Positions 11,001 to 21,307 of a stretch of DNA of 64,000 nucleotides are shown piece after piece. Source of the stretch: Escherichia coli (lineage in GTDB: Bacteria > Pseudomonadota > Gammaproteobacteria > Enterobacterales > Enterobacteriaceae); the NCBI RefSeq assembly GCF_003018235.1, contig NZ_CP027437.1; one strand, given 5' to 3'. Below the pieces are notes generated by a model, which saw nothing but the letters and a program-made list of their open reading frames with translations, searched no databases and was not told the DNA's origin. Position 1 is the first letter of the stretch. Every line of letters starts with the position of its first letter. The position numbers and the translations under genes are program-made.

Positions 11001-11354
11001 CAAGGGGTTATACCACGGCAGCAATTTACGTAGCAGCACTGCCCCGACCACGGCTTCAACAATATTGATGGTCGTCCAGGTCATGTTCAGCGAGCTGGTG
11101 GAAAAAAGCAGGATGGATGCGGCGATATTTCCCAGCGAGCAGCTCAGCGCAATTCCCGGCCACATGCGCCCGGCATGGCGATAAAACGCCACCATCATGA
11201 TGGACGTCGGGAACCACAGTGGGGCGAGTTGGGTGCCAAACTGCGAAAGCTCAAGCGAGAAAAGGGTAAAGATAAACGAGACTAAACCTAAACTGACCAG
11301 GTGAAGCAGCGGGTGGGGCAGGGCAATTAATACATGCTGTGATTGTTTGCTCAT
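8037..11354 (-). CDS. dgcE: Diguanylate cyclase DgcE (YegE): MASE1, PAS repeats, GGDEF, degenerate EAL
   Basis: 1105-aa ORF with a polytopic N-terminus and an intact RLGGDEFGLLL motif. The C-terminal EAL-like domain lacks the EAL and DDFGTG signatures. Confidence 0.92.
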   Translation of the reverse strand: MSKQSQHVLIALPHPLLHLVSLGLVSFIFTLFSLELSQFGTQLAPLWFPTSIMMVAFYRHAGRMWPGIALSCSLGNIAASILLFSTSSLNMTWTTINIVEAVVGAVLLRKLLPWYNPLQNLADWLRLAFGSAIVPPLLGGVLVVLLTPGDDPLRAFLIWVLSESIGALALVPLGLLFKPHYLLRHRNPRLLFESLLTLAITLTLSWLSMLYLPWPFTFIIVLLMWSAVRLPRMEAFLIFLTTVMMVSLMMAADPSLLATPRTYLMSHMPWLPFLLILLPANIMTMVMYAFRAERKHISESETRFRNAMEYSAIGMALVGTEGQWLQTNKALCQFLGYSQEELRGLTFQQLTWPEDLNKDLQQVEKLISGEINTYSMEKRYYNRNGDVVWALLAVSLVRHTDGTPLYFIAQIEDINELKRTEQVNQQLMERITLANEAGGIGIWEWELKPNVFSWDKRMFELYEIPPHIKPNWQVWYECVLPEDRQHAEKVIRDSLQSRSPFKLEFRITVKDGIRHIRALANRVLNKEGEVERLLGINMDMTEVKQLNEALFQEKERLHITLDSIGEAVVCIDMAMKITFMNPVAEKMSGWTQEEALGVPLLTVLHITFGDNGPLMENIYSADTSRSAIEQDVVLHCRSGGSYDVHYSITPLSTLDGSNIGSVLVIQDVTESRKMLRQLSYSASHDALTHLANRASFEKQLRMLLQTVNSTHQRHALVFIDLDRFKAVNDSAGHAAGDALLRELASLMLSMLRSSDVLARLGGDEFGLLLPDCNIESARFIATRIISAVNDYHFIWEGRVHRVGASAGITLIDDNNHQAAEVMSQADIACYASKNGGRGRVTVYEPQQAAAHSERAAMSLDEQWRMIKENQLMMMAHGVASPRIPEARNLWLISLKLWSCEGEIIVEQKFRRSFSDPALSYALDRRVFHEFFQLAAKAVASKGISIALPLSVAGLSSATLVNDLLEQLENSPLPPRLLHLIIPADAILDHAESVQKLRLAGCRIVLSQVGRDLQIFNSLKANMADYLLLDGELCANVQGNLMDEMLITIIQGHAQRLGMKTIAGPVVLPLVMDTLSGIGVDLIYGDVIADAQPLDLLVNSSYFAIN

Positions 11355-11671
11355 TACCGCTTTATCCGCAAGACCAGGTCGCCAGTATTCGTTTCTGTGT
11401 TTATGCTAGTACAAAAGTTTTACATTTTATATGCGAATTGCTCATAAAGTGACGTAAAGGCGGATAATTTGCGCAACTGCGTATAACATTTTTTACCTTG
11501 TATAAAACTGATCAACGTAATTTGCCACCGGGAATTCTTCGTCAACAATTAACTCTGAGCGCGCGGCAGCGCTATTCGACTGGTATCAGGCGGATGAAAT
11601 CCCTATAATTGCCGCGTTTGGCGCTTCGTCGCCCCCTTCCTAACATCCAGGTTAATCAGGTCGCTAAATAT

Positions 11672-12313
11672 ATGACTGATCAGTCTCATCAGTGCGTCAT
11701 TATCGGTATCGCTGGCGCATCGGCTTCCGGCAAGAGTCTTATTGCCAGTACCCTTTATCGTGAATTACGTGAGCAAGTCGGTGATGAACACATCGGCGTA
11801 ATTCCCGAAGACTGCTATTACAAAGATCAAAGCCATCTGTCGATGGAAGAACGCGTTAAGACCAACTACGACCATCCCAGCGCGATGGATCACAGCCTGT
11901 TGCTTGAGCATTTACAAGCGTTGAAACGCGGCTCGGCAATTGACCTGCCGGTTTACAGCTATGTTGAACATACGCGTATGAAAGAAACGGTGACGGTTGA
12001 GCCGAAGAAGGTCATCATTCTCGAAGGCATTTTGTTGCTGACGGATGCGCGTTTGCGTGACGAACTTAACTTCTCCATTTTCGTTGATACCCCGCTGGAT
12101 ATCTGCCTGATGCGCCGCATCAAGCGTGACGTTAACGAGCGTGGGCGTTCAATGGATTCCGTGATGGCGCAATATCAAAAAACCGTGCGCCCGATGTTCC
12201 TGCAATTCATTGAGCCTTCTAAACAATATGCGGACATTATCGTGCCGCGCGGCGGGAAAAACCGCATCGCGATCGATATATTGAAAGCGAAAATAAGTCA
12301 GTTCTTTGAATAA
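11672..12313 (+). CDS. udk: Uridine/cytidine kinase
   Basis: Start moved to ATG 11672 ([23 protein letters not shown]-loop), giving 213 aa. The upstream extension in the ORF track is not part of the known protein. Confidence 0.93.
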
Positions 12314-12404
12314 GCTTGATAAATTGTGTACCGTTCAGTGATAACCTGGTATGCCCTTGACGTAATTGGCGTTAAGGGAGTGATGCGCGAAAGGAGAAAA
12401 TGCC

Positions 12405-12986
12405 ATGCGTCTGTGTGACCGAGATATTGAAGCCTGGCTTGATGAAGGCCGTTTGTCGATCAACCCACGTCCGCCAGTGGAGCGTATTAACGGCGCGACG
12501 GTGGATGTACGCCTGGGCAATAAATTTCGTACCTTCCGTGGTCACACGGCAGCGTTTATCGATCTGAGCGGTCCCAAAGATGAAGTGAGCGCCGCGCTTG
12601 ACCGCGTGATGAGCGATGAGATCGTTCTCGACGAGGGCGAGGCGTTCTATCTTCACCCAGGAGAGCTGGCGCTGGCGGTGACGCTGGAGTCGGTGACGCT
12701 GCCAGCCGATCTGGTGGGCTGGCTGGACGGGCGTTCCTCTTTGGCGCGTCTGGGGCTGATGGTGCACGTCACCGCGCACCGTATCGATCCGGGCTGGTCT
12801 GGTTGCATTGTGCTGGAGTTCTACAACTCCGGTAAGCTGCCGCTGGCGCTGCGTCCGGGCATGTTAATTGGTGCGCTGAGCTTTGAGCCGCTTTCCGGCC
12901 CGGCGGCGCGACCTTACAACCGCCGTGAAGATGCGAAATATCGCAACCAGCAGGGCGCGGTAGCCAGCCGAATCGATAAAGACTAA
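12405..12986 (+). CDS. dcd: dCTP deaminase
   Basis: 193-aa ORF starting [19 protein letters not shown]. Confidence 0.95.
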
Positions 12987-13007
12987 TTCAGGCCCATTGA
13001 GGATACC

Positions 13008-14861
13008 ATGAGACGATTTCTGACGACGCTGATGATACTCCTGGTCGTGCTGGTGGCCGGGTTATCTGCGTTAGTGTTGCTGGTGAATCCGAATGATTTC
13101 CGCGACTATATGGTCAAGCAAGTTGCTGCACGTAGCGGTTATCAATTGCAGCTCGACGGGCCACTGCGTTGGCACGTCTGGCCGCAGCTTAGTATCCTCT
13201 CCGGGCGAATGTCTCTCACCGCCCAGGGCGCAAGCCAGCCACTGGTTCGCGCCGACAACATGCGTCTGGACGTGGCGCTTTTACCACTACTGAGTCATCA
13301 ACTGAGCGTTAAGCAGGTGATGCTAAAAGGGGCAGTGATCCAACTGACGCCGCAGACGGAAGCGGTGCGCAGTGAAGACGCTCCGGTTGCACCGCGCGAC
13401 AATACCTTGCCGGATCTGTCAGACGATCGCGGATGGTCGTTTGATATATCCAGTCTTAAGGTGGCGGACAGCGTGCTGGTGTTCCAGCATGAAGATGACG
13501 AGCAGGTGACAATCCGCAATATTCGCCTGCAAATGGAACAAGATCCCCAACATCGTGGTTCATTTGAGTTCTCCGGGCGGGTTAATCGCGATCAGCGCGA
13601 TCTCACGATATCCCTTAACGGTACGGTAGATGCTTCTGATTATCCGCATGATTTAACGGCGGCTATTGAACAAATTAACTGGCAGTTGCAGGGTGCAGAT
13701 TTACCAAAACAAGGTATTCAGGGGCAGGGGAGTTTCCAGGCCCAGTGGCAGGAGTCACATAAACGCCTTTCATTTAACCAAATCAGCTTGACCGCCAATG
13801 ACAGCACGCTGAGCGGGCAAGCACAGGTCACGCTGACAGAGAAACCTGAATGGCAGCTGAGACTGCAATTCCCGCAACTGAATCTTGACAACCTCATCCC
13901 GCTTAATGAAACAGCGAATGGTGAAAACGGTGCCGCGCAGCAGGGGCAGAGCCAATCAACATTGCCGCGCCCGGTCATTTCTTCGCGTATTGATGAACCG
14001 GCATATCAGGGACTGCAAGGCTTTACGGCTGATATTTTGTTGCAGGCCAGTAACGTGCGCTGGCGCGGAATGAATTTTACAGATGTTGCCACGCAAATGA
14101 CCAACAAGTCGGGTTTGCTGGAAATTACTCAACTGCAGGGCAAGCTTAACGGTGGACAGGTTTCACTGCCGGGCACGCTGGACGCGACATCAATAAATCC
14201 GCGGATAAACTTCCAGCCACGGCTGGAAAACGTTGAGATTGGTACCATTCTGAAGGCGTTTAACTATCCGATTTCGTTGACCGGAAAAATGTCACTGGCT
14301 GGTGATTTCTCCGGTGCTGACATAGATGCCGACGCATTCCGCCACAACTGGCAAGGACAGGCACATGTCGAAATGACCGACACGCGCATGGAAGGGATGA
14401 ACTTCCAGCAGATGATTCAGCAAGCGGTAGAGCGTAATGGCGGTGATGTGAAGGCCGCTGAAAACTTTGATAACGTGACGCGGCTTGACCGCTTTACCAC
14501 CGATTTGACGTTGAAGGATGGCGTCGTGACGTTAAACGACATGCAAGGTCAATCGCCTGTGCTGGCGCTGACAGGGGAAGGCATGTTGAATCTGGCAGAT
14601 CAAACCTGCGATACCCAGTTTGATATTCGGGTCGTGGGTGGCTGGAACGGGGAAAGTAAACTGATTGATTTCCTGAAAGAAACGCCAGTACCGCTGCGGG
14701 TTTATGGCAACTGGCAGCAACTCAATTACAGCCTGCAAGTGGATCAGTTACTGCGCAAACATCTACAGGACGAAGCGAAACGTCGCCTGAATGACTGGGC
14801 CGAGCGGAATAAAGATTCCCGCAATGGCAAGGATGTGAAGAAGTTGCTGGAGAAGATGTAG
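13008..14861 (+). CDS. asmA: AsmA outer-membrane assembly / lipid-transport family protein
   Basis: 617-aa ORF with N-terminal anchor MRRFLTTLMILLVVLVAGLSALVLLV. K-12 synteny. Confidence 0.93.
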   Translation: MRRFLTTLMILLVVLVAGLSALVLLVNPNDFRDYMVKQVAARSGYQLQLDGPLRWHVWPQLSILSGRMSLTAQGASQPLVRADNMRLDVALLPLLSHQLSVKQVMLKGAVIQLTPQTEAVRSEDAPVAPRDNTLPDLSDDRGWSFDISSLKVADSVLVFQHEDDEQVTIRNIRLQMEQDPQHRGSFEFSGRVNRDQRDLTISLNGTVDASDYPHDLTAAIEQINWQLQGADLPKQGIQGQGSFQAQWQESHKRLSFNQISLTANDSTLSGQAQVTLTEKPEWQLRLQFPQLNLDNLIPLNETANGENGAAQQGQSQSTLPRPVISSRIDEPAYQGLQGFTADILLQASNVRWRGMNFTDVATQMTNKSGLLEITQLQGKLNGGQVSLPGTLDATSINPRINFQPRLENVEIGTILKAFNYPISLTGKMSLAGDFSGADIDADAFRHNWQGQAHVEMTDTRMEGMNFQQMIQQAVERNGGDVKAAENFDNVTRLDRFTTDLTLKDGVVTLNDMQGQSPVLALTGEGMLNLADQTCDTQFDIRVVGGWNGESKLIDFLKETPVPLRVYGNWQQLNYSLQVDQLLRKHLQDEAKRRLNDWAERNKDSRNGKDVKKLLEKM

Positions 14862-14880
14862 GTTACCAGGTGACCAGTCC

Positions 14881-14919
14881 TGTAGGCCTGATAAGACGCG
14901 TAAAGCGTCGTATCAGGCG
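14881..14919. repeat. REP element downstream of asmA
   Basis: tgtaggcctgataagacgcgtaaagcgtcgtatcaggcg, a canonical REP palindrome. Confidence 0.7.
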
Positions 14920-15134
14920 TTCGTGGCGGCATCATTATATTCTGAATATGTAAGATCGAAGGCTGTTCCGTTCACTTGATGTTCCTCGCTACTATGGAAC
15001 GCTCAAGCCGGTGAACGTGCCAGGGTGGCTCAATCGCCACCACCCTGGCAACCCGGGCTCCCGGCGGTAAATCGCCGCTGGCGCGGTTCCCTCATCTTAT
15101 TCCTTTCGGCTATTGGGTAAAATGGCCGATACCA

Positions 15135-16718
15135 TCACACCTCGTACTCCATCTCGCCATCTTTACGCAGTGGAATAATCTGCACTTTCTGCACGCGATG
15201 GCTTTCCACCTGCAACGTTTTAAGCAAATAATCCCCCACCTGAACTTCTTCGCCAGGTTTTGGAATACGCTGTAAATATTCCATCAACAGCCCGGCAATG
15301 GTGTGATATTCACGTTTTTCATCCAGCGGCAGCGGCACATATTGCACCAGATCCTCCAGCGGCATATGACCATTCGCCGTCCAGGAACCGTCCGCATTCT
15401 TCTGAATATCATGGCGGGCGTCGATCTCTTCCACTTCGTTCGGTAAGTTACCGGCAATGGTTTCAGTGACGTCACTTAATGTCACAATCCCTTCCACCGA
15501 GCCAAACTCATCCACCACAAAAGCAAAGTGCGTGCGGGCATTACGGAACTGCTCCAGGGCAGGTAACAACGGCAAGGTTTCCGGGAACACCAGCGGCTGG
15601 CGAATCAACACCCGCAGGTTGAGCGGTTCGCCGCGCAGAGACTGTTGTAGCAGGTCGATAACGTGAACAACACCGAGCAAATCTTCTGCGTCATCACCGT
15701 CGGTAACCACCAGCCGCGTATGCTGATTTCGCTCCAGTAACTGGCGGATCTCGTCTTCCGGCGCGTTGAGATCGATATGCTCAATATCGTGGCGCGACGT
15801 CATAATGCTGCTGACGGTACGCTGGTTAAGATTAAGTACCCGCTCAATCATCCGCCGTTCCTGCGGATTAAAGATCTGCTGGTTACCATGATCCACCAGC
15901 ATGGACGCGGTTTCGGCGTCCAGTTCCGCATCTTCTTTTTGCCCGCTAAGCAGGCGCATTACCGCTTCGGTAGTCCGCTGGCGCAGCGTCTGGTTAGCGG
16001 AAAGAAAACGTCGCCGGTTAAAGATAGCCAACTGATTGAGCGCCTCGATCATCACCGAGAAACCAATGGCAGCGTACAGGTAGCCTTTCGGAATGACGAA
16101 GCCGAAACCTTCTGCCACCAGGCTAAAGCCAATCATCAACAGGAAGCTTAAGCAGAGAATAACGATCGTCGGGTGACTGTTAACAAATTGCGTTAACGGC
16201 TTGCTGGCCATCAACATCAGGCTGATAGCGATAACCACGGCGGCCATCATGACCAGTAAATGGTCGACCATCCCGACGGCGGTAATCACTGAGTCGAGTG
16301 AGAAGATGGCGTCCAGTACCACAATTTGTGTCACCACCCCCCAGAACTTCGCACCTTTGCGTTGTGTGGGATTATTGCTGTCTTTCCCTTCCAGCCGTTC
16401 GTTCAGCTCCATCGTGGCTTTGAACAACAGGAAGAAACCACCAAACAGCATGATTAAGTCGCGGGCGCTAAAGGTAAACGAGCGGAAGCTGAACAGCGGT
16501 TGAGTCAGGGTGACCAGCCAGGAGATTGACGCCAGCAGTAACAGGCGCATTAACATCGCCAGCAGCAGCCCGGTAACCCGTGCGCGGTCGCGCTGCTTCG
16601 GCGGTAGTTTTTCGGCGAGGATGGCAATAAAGACCAGGTTATCAATGCCGAGGACCAGTTCGATCACAATCAGCGTGATTAACCCGGCCCAGATAGACGG
16701 ATCGGCAATCCATTCCAT
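15135..16718 (-). CDS. yegH: TerC-family membrane protein with CBS pair and CorC/HlyC domain, YegH
   Basis: ORF 15135-16784. Start placed at [16 protein letters not shown] (527 aa) as in K-12. Confidence 0.88.
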   Translation of the reverse strand: MEWIADPSIWAGLITLIVIELVLGIDNLVFIAILAEKLPPKQRDRARVTGLLLAMLMRLLLLASISWLVTLTQPLFSFRSFTFSARDLIMLFGGFFLLFKATMELNERLEGKDSNNPTQRKGAKFWGVVTQIVVLDAIFSLDSVITAVGMVDHLLVMMAAVVIAISLMLMASKPLTQFVNSHPTIVILCLSFLLMIGFSLVAEGFGFVIPKGYLYAAIGFSVMIEALNQLAIFNRRRFLSANQTLRQRTTEAVMRLLSGQKEDAELDAETASMLVDHGNQQIFNPQERRMIERVLNLNQRTVSSIMTSRHDIEHIDLNAPEDEIRQLLERNQHTRLVVTDGDDAEDLLGVVHVIDLLQQSLRGEPLNLRVLIRQPLVFPETLPLLPALEQFRNARTHFAFVVDEFGSVEGIVTLSDVTETIAGNLPNEVEEIDARHDIQKNADGSWTANGHMPLEDLVQYVPLPLDEKREYHTIAGLLMEYLQRIPKPGEEVQVGDYLLKTLQVESHRVQKVQIIPLRKDGEMEYEV

Positions 16719-16959
16719 AGTAAGTACAAAACCTATTCGTTGTATGACAAATGTCACAATTCGATCATGGATAAATCGGGGCAAAAATGCAATGTTGCAG
16801 CACTATTTATCTCATATTATTTGAGGGTAATAACCTCACATTATCCCTGAATTAAAAGTGGTAATAATAAAACATTATTTAAGAAATATCGCATGTGGAG
16901 ACACTATATTAAATATTGTCAACCTAAAGAAACTCCTAAAAACCATATTGAATGACACT

Positions 16960-16973
16960 TAATATAATTCTTA
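16960..16973. promoter_or_regulatory. Candidate RcsAB box upstream of the colanic acid operon
   Basis: Reverse complement reads TAAGAATTATATTA, resembling the published RcsAB consensus TaAGaatatTCctA. It lies about 400 bp upstream of wza, consistent with a long leader. Pattern match only. Confidence 0.3.
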
Positions 16974-17156
16974 AAAATAGCCAATTGCCGAATTGTTACC
17001 TTGCCTGCTATTCCGTTAGCTGTAACACTTCCTCCTGCATTATTGGAGAGCCAATATTCAATTACCATAATGTCACCTTATATTCGGAAGTTAATTTCCG
17101 CAATAACCCTTTCTCATCAACGACTGGATGTTGAGAGAGTTTTAAAAATTAAGCTA

Positions 17157-17198
17157 AATCAGTGTATTGGTAGCTAAAAAGCCAGGGGCGGTAGCGTG
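17157..17198 (+). promoter_or_regulatory. JUMPStart element with ops site (GGCGGTAGCGTG at 17187-17198) in the wza leader; RfaH loading site
   Basis: Exact ops 12-mer, preceded by tggtagct...agccagggg typical of JUMPStart. Confidence 0.9.
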
Positions 17199-17376
17199 TC
17201 TGGATGCCTGAAAGACCAGTCTGAATTATTCTGTCAATAGCCTGCGGATGAAATCAATTTTTTTAGGACTGATGCCAGTTAAATTTTTATTCAATTAACT
17301 GCAAGGTAAATGTGCATGGCGACATTGCTATTAATAGTGCACAGGATAATTACTCTGCCAAAGTGATAAATAAACA

Positions 17377-18516
17377 ATGATGAAATCCAAAATGAAATTG
17401 ATGCCATTATTGGTGTCAGTAACCTTGATAAGCGGTTGCACAGTACTTCCGGGCAGCAATATGTCGACGATGGGCAAAGACGTCATCAAACAGCAGGACG
17501 CTGATTTCGATCTCGACAAAATGGTGAATGTTTATCCGCTGACCCCGCGCCTGATTGACCAATTACGCCCACGCCCGAATGTAGCGCGCCCCAATATGAC
17601 GCTGGAAAGCGAGATCGCGAATTACCAGTATCGCGTCGGGCCGGGGGACGTTCTTAATGTCACCGTCTGGGATCACCCGGAACTCACCACGCCAGCCGGT
17701 CAGTACCGCAGCTCCAGCGATACCGGCAACTGGGTACAGCCTGACGGCACTATGTTTTACCCGTATATCGGCAAGGTTCACGTAGTGGGGAAAACGCTCG
17801 CTGAAATCCGCAGTGATATTACCGGGCGCTTAGCGACGTACATCGCTGACCCGCAGGTGGACGTTAATATCGCCGCCTTCCGCTCACAAAAGGCCTATAT
17901 CTCCGGTCAGGTGAATAAATCCGGTCAACAGGCGATCACCAACGTGCCACTGACTATTCTCGACGCCATCAACGCCGCAGGTGGCCTGACCGACACCGCT
18001 GACTGGCGCAACGTAGTGCTAACACACAATGGTCGTGAAGAACGCATTTCTTTACAGGCGCTGATGCAAAACGGCGACCTCAATCAGAACCGACTGCTTT
18101 ATCCCGGCGATATTCTCTACGTGCCCCGTAATGATGATCTGAAAGTATTTGTGATGGGTGAAGTGAAGAAACAGAGCACCCTGAAAATGGACTTTAGCGG
18201 CATGACCCTGACTGAAGCTCTGGGCAATGCTGAAGGTATCGACATGACCACCTCCAACGCCAGCGGCATCTTTGTCATTCGTCCGCTGAAAGGCGAGGGC
18301 GGGCGTAATGGCAAGATTGCCAATATCTACCAGCTGGATATGTCCGATGCCACGTCGCTGGTGATGGCGACAGAATTCCGCCTGCAACCTTATGACGTGG
18401 TGTATGTCACCACCGCCCCGGTTTCCCGCTGGAACCGTCTGATCAATCAGTTGCTGCCAACTATTAGCGGTGTCCGTTACATGACGGATACAGCCAGCGA
18501 CATTCATAACTGGTAA
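17377..18516 (+). CDS. wza: Outer-membrane polysaccharide export lipoprotein Wza
   Basis: 379-aa ORF with lipobox LISGC. Confidence 0.95.
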   Translation: MMKSKMKLMPLLVSVTLISGCTVLPGSNMSTMGKDVIKQQDADFDLDKMVNVYPLTPRLIDQLRPRPNVARPNMTLESEIANYQYRVGPGDVLNVTVWDHPELTTPAGQYRSSSDTGNWVQPDGTMFYPYIGKVHVVGKTLAEIRSDITGRLATYIADPQVDVNIAAFRSQKAYISGQVNKSGQQAITNVPLTILDAINAAGGLTDTADWRNVVLTHNGREERISLQALMQNGDLNQNRLLYPGDILYVPRNDDLKVFVMGEVKKQSTLKMDFSGMTLTEALGNAEGIDMTTSNASGIFVIRPLKGEGGRNGKIANIYQLDMSDATSLVMATEFRLQPYDVVYVTTAPVSRWNRLINQLLPTISGVRYMTDTASDIHNW

Positions 18517-18521
18517 TCGTC

Positions 18522-18965
18522 ATGTTTAACAACATATTAGTTGTCTGTGTCGGCAATATTTGCCGTTCCCCGACGGCGGAACGCTTACTGCAACGTTATC
18601 ACCCGGAACTGAAAGTGGAGTCCGCTGGACTCGGCGCGCTGGTCGGTAAGGGCGCTGATCCTACCGCTATCAGCGTCGCCGCAGAACATCAACTGTCTCT
18701 GGAAGGCCACTGTGCACGACAAATCAGCCGCCGCCTGTGTCGCAACTATGACCTGATTTTGACCATGGAAAAGCGCCATATCGAACGCTTATGCGAGATG
18801 GCACCTGAGATGCGCGGCAAAGTGATGCTGTTTGGTCACTGGGATAACGAATGTGAAATCCCCGATCCGTATCGCAAAAGCCGGGAAACGTTTGCAGCGG
18901 TGTACACATTACTTGAACGGTCTGCCCGCCAGTGGGCGCAGGCATTGAACGCAGAGCAGGTATAA
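18522..18965 (+). CDS. wzb: Low-molecular-weight protein-tyrosine phosphatase Wzb
   Basis: 147-aa ORF with CVGNICRS (CX5R) active site. Confidence 0.95.
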   Translation: MFNNILVVCVGNICRSPTAERLLQRYHPELKVESAGLGALVGKGADPTAISVAAEHQLSLEGHCARQISRRLCRNYDLILTMEKRHIERLCEMAPEMRGKVMLFGHWDNECEIPDPYRKSRETFAAVYTLLERSARQWAQALNAEQV

Positions 18966-18967
18966 GA

Positions 18968-21130
18968 ATGACAGAAAAAGTAAAACAACATGCCGCTCCG
19001 GTAACGGGCAGTGATGAAATCGATATTGGTCGCCTGGTCGGCACCGTCATTGAAGCGCGCTGGTGGGTGATTGGCATCACCGCTGTATTTGCCCTCTGTG
19101 CCGTGGTTTACACCTTCTTCGCCACGCCGATTTATAGTGCCGACGCACTGGTACAAATCGAGCAAAACAGCGGCAATTCGTTAGTGCAGGACATTGGTTC
19201 GGCATTAGCCAACAAACCGCCTGCATCGGACGCCGAGATCCAGTTGATTCGTTCGCGTCTGGTGCTTGGTAAAACGGTGGACGATCTCGACCTCGATATT
19301 GCAGTGAGCAAAAACACGTTCCCGATTTTCGGGGCGGGCTGGGATCGACTGATGGGACGCCAGAACGAGACGGTGAAAGTGACTACCTTTAACCGCCCGA
19401 AAGAGATGGCCGACCAGGTGTTTACGCTTAATGTGCTGGACAATAAAAACTACACCCTGAGCAGTGATGGCGGCTTTAGCGCCCGTGGGCAAGCGGGCCA
19501 GATGCTGAAAAAAGAAGGCGTCACGCTGATGGTTGAAGCCATTCACGCCCGCCCGGGCAGTGAGTTTACCGTCACCAAATACTCCACGTTGGGGATGATC
19601 AACCAACTGCAAAACAGCCTGACGGTAACGGAGAACGGCAAAGACGCAGGCGTACTGAGCCTGACTTATACCGGTGAAGATCGCGAACAGATCCGCGACA
19701 TTCTTAACAGCATCGCCCGTAACTATCAGGAACAAAATATTGAGCGCAAATCGGCGGAAGCGTCGAAAAGCCTCGCTTTCCTCGCGCAACAGTTACCGGA
19801 AGTACGTAGCCGCCTCGATGTTGCCGAAAACAAACTGAATGCCTTCCGTCAGGATAAAGATTCTGTTGATCTGCCGCTGGAAGCGAAAGCGGTGCTCGAT
19901 TCGATGGTGAACATCGACGCGCAGTTGAACGAACTGACCTTTAAAGAGGCGGAAATCTCCAAGCTGTACACCAAAGTTCACCCGGCGTACCGCACGCTGC
20001 TGGAGAAACGTCAGGCGCTGGAAGAAGAGAAAGCCAAACTTAACGGTCGCGTAACGGCGATGCCGAAAACCCAGCAGGAGATTGTGCGCCTGACCCGCGA
20101 TGTCGAGTCTGGTCAGCAGGTCTATATGCAACTGCTGAATAAAGAGCAGGAGCTGAAAATCACCGAAGCCAGCACCGTCGGCGATGTGCGCATTGTTGAC
20201 CCGGCAATCACCCAGCCTGGCGTGCTGAAACCGAAGAAAGGACTGATTATCCTCGGCGCGATTATCCTTGGCCTGATGCTCTCTATCGTGGGTGTGCTGC
20301 TGCGCTCGTTGTTTAATCGCGGCATCGAAAGCCCGCAGGTGCTGGAAGAACATGGTATCAGCGTCTATGCCAGCATCCCGCTGTCGGAATGGCAGAAAGC
20401 GCGCGATAGCGTCAAAACCATCAAAGGGATTAAACGCTATAAACAGAGCCAGCTACTGGCGGTGGGGAATCCAACCGATCTGGCGATTGAAGCCATCCGC
20501 AGTCTGCGTACCAGTTTGCACTTCGCGATGATGCAGGCACAGAACAATGTGTTGATGATGACCGGGGTTAGCCCGTCAATCGGTAAAACCTTTGTCTGCG
20601 CCAACCTGGCGGCGGTGATCAGCCAGACCAATAAACGGGTGTTGTTGATCGACTGCGATATGCGCAAAGGCTACACCCACGAGCTGCTGGGCACTAATAA
20701 CGTTAAGGGCCTGTCGGAAATTCTGATTGGTCAGGGCGATATTACTACCGCTGCTAAACCGACCTCTATTGCCAAATTTGACCTGATCCCGCGCGGTCAG
20801 GTGCCGCCAAATCCTTCTGAACTGTTGATGAGCGAACGCTTTGCCGAACTGGTGAACTGGGCGAGTAAAAACTATGACCTGGTGTTGATTGATACGCCGC
20901 CGATTCTGGCAGTGACCGATGCGGCAATTGTTGGTCGTCATGTCGGAACCACGTTAATGGTGGCGCGTTATGCGGTCAACACCTTGAAAGAAGTGGAAAC
21001 CAGTCTGAGCCGCTTTGAGCAAAACGGTATTCCGGTGAAAGGGGTGATTCTGAACTCCATCTTCCGCCGCGCCAGCGCGTATCAGGATTATGGCTATTAC
21101 GAATACGAATATAAGTCGGATGCGAAATAA
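18968..21130 (+). CDS. wzc: Tyrosine autokinase / polysaccharide co-polymerase Wzc
   Basis: Start at MTEKVKQHAAPVTG (720 aa). Walker A GVSPSIGKT and C-terminal Tyr cluster YQDYGYYEYEY. Confidence 0.95.
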   Translation: MTEKVKQHAAPVTGSDEIDIGRLVGTVIEARWWVIGITAVFALCAVVYTFFATPIYSADALVQIEQNSGNSLVQDIGSALANKPPASDAEIQLIRSRLVLGKTVDDLDLDIAVSKNTFPIFGAGWDRLMGRQNETVKVTTFNRPKEMADQVFTLNVLDNKNYTLSSDGGFSARGQAGQMLKKEGVTLMVEAIHARPGSEFTVTKYSTLGMINQLQNSLTVTENGKDAGVLSLTYTGEDREQIRDILNSIARNYQEQNIERKSAEASKSLAFLAQQLPEVRSRLDVAENKLNAFRQDKDSVDLPLEAKAVLDSMVNIDAQLNELTFKEAEISKLYTKVHPAYRTLLEKRQALEEEKAKLNGRVTAMPKTQQEIVRLTRDVESGQQVYMQLLNKEQELKITEASTVGDVRIVDPAITQPGVLKPKKGLIILGAIILGLMLSIVGVLLRSLFNRGIESPQVLEEHGISVYASIPLSEWQKARDSVKTIKGIKRYKQSQLLAVGNPTDLAIEAIRSLRTSLHFAMMQAQNNVLMMTGVSPSIGKTFVCANLAAVISQTNKRVLLIDCDMRKGYTHELLGTNNVKGLSEILIGQGDITTAAKPTSIAKFDLIPRGQVPPNPSELLMSERFAELVNWASKNYDLVLIDTPPILAVTDAAIVGRHVGTTLMVARYAVNTLKEVETSLSRFEQNGIPVKGVILNSIFRRASAYQDYGYYEYEYKSDAK

Positions 21131-21139
21131 CGACATCCG

Positions 21140-21250
21140 CTGTCGGATGCGATGCTGACGCATCTTATCCGACCTACCTTCACGCCGCATCCGGCAAGCA
21201 AACCAGCTCCGTAGGCCGGATAAGGCGCTCACGCCGCATCCGGCAACAGA
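21140..21250. repeat. REP/BIME cluster between wzc and wcaA
   Basis: Repeated gcatccggca / ccggataaggcg / cgcatcttatccgacctac motifs. Confidence 0.75.
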
Positions 21251-21307
21251 ACCCGTAAACAAGCTTATAAACCGGCAGAACATCTCGACACTCCGGGAGA
21301 ACAACCT

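Noticed and set aside
8571..11184. Multiple plus-strand ORFs (60-160 aa) within 8.5-11.2 kb
   Set aside because: All are antisense to the 1105-aa dgcE frame. Such ORFs are typical of a long gene in moderately GC-rich DNA.
11609..11671. Upstream extensions of track ORFs for udk; likewise wzc 18932, wcaD 23755, cpsG 31750, galF 40532, yegH 16784, methyltransferase 48975, GT-C 58855
   Set aside because: Internal ATG codons with better SD context reproduce the known or expected N-termini. The extensions overlap upstream genes or non-coding leaders.
19205..20353. Two long minus-strand ORFs (194 and 186 aa) opposite wzc
   Set aside because: Arg/His/Gln-rich nonsense-like translations antisense to Wzc, which has intact Walker and Tyr-cluster motifs.
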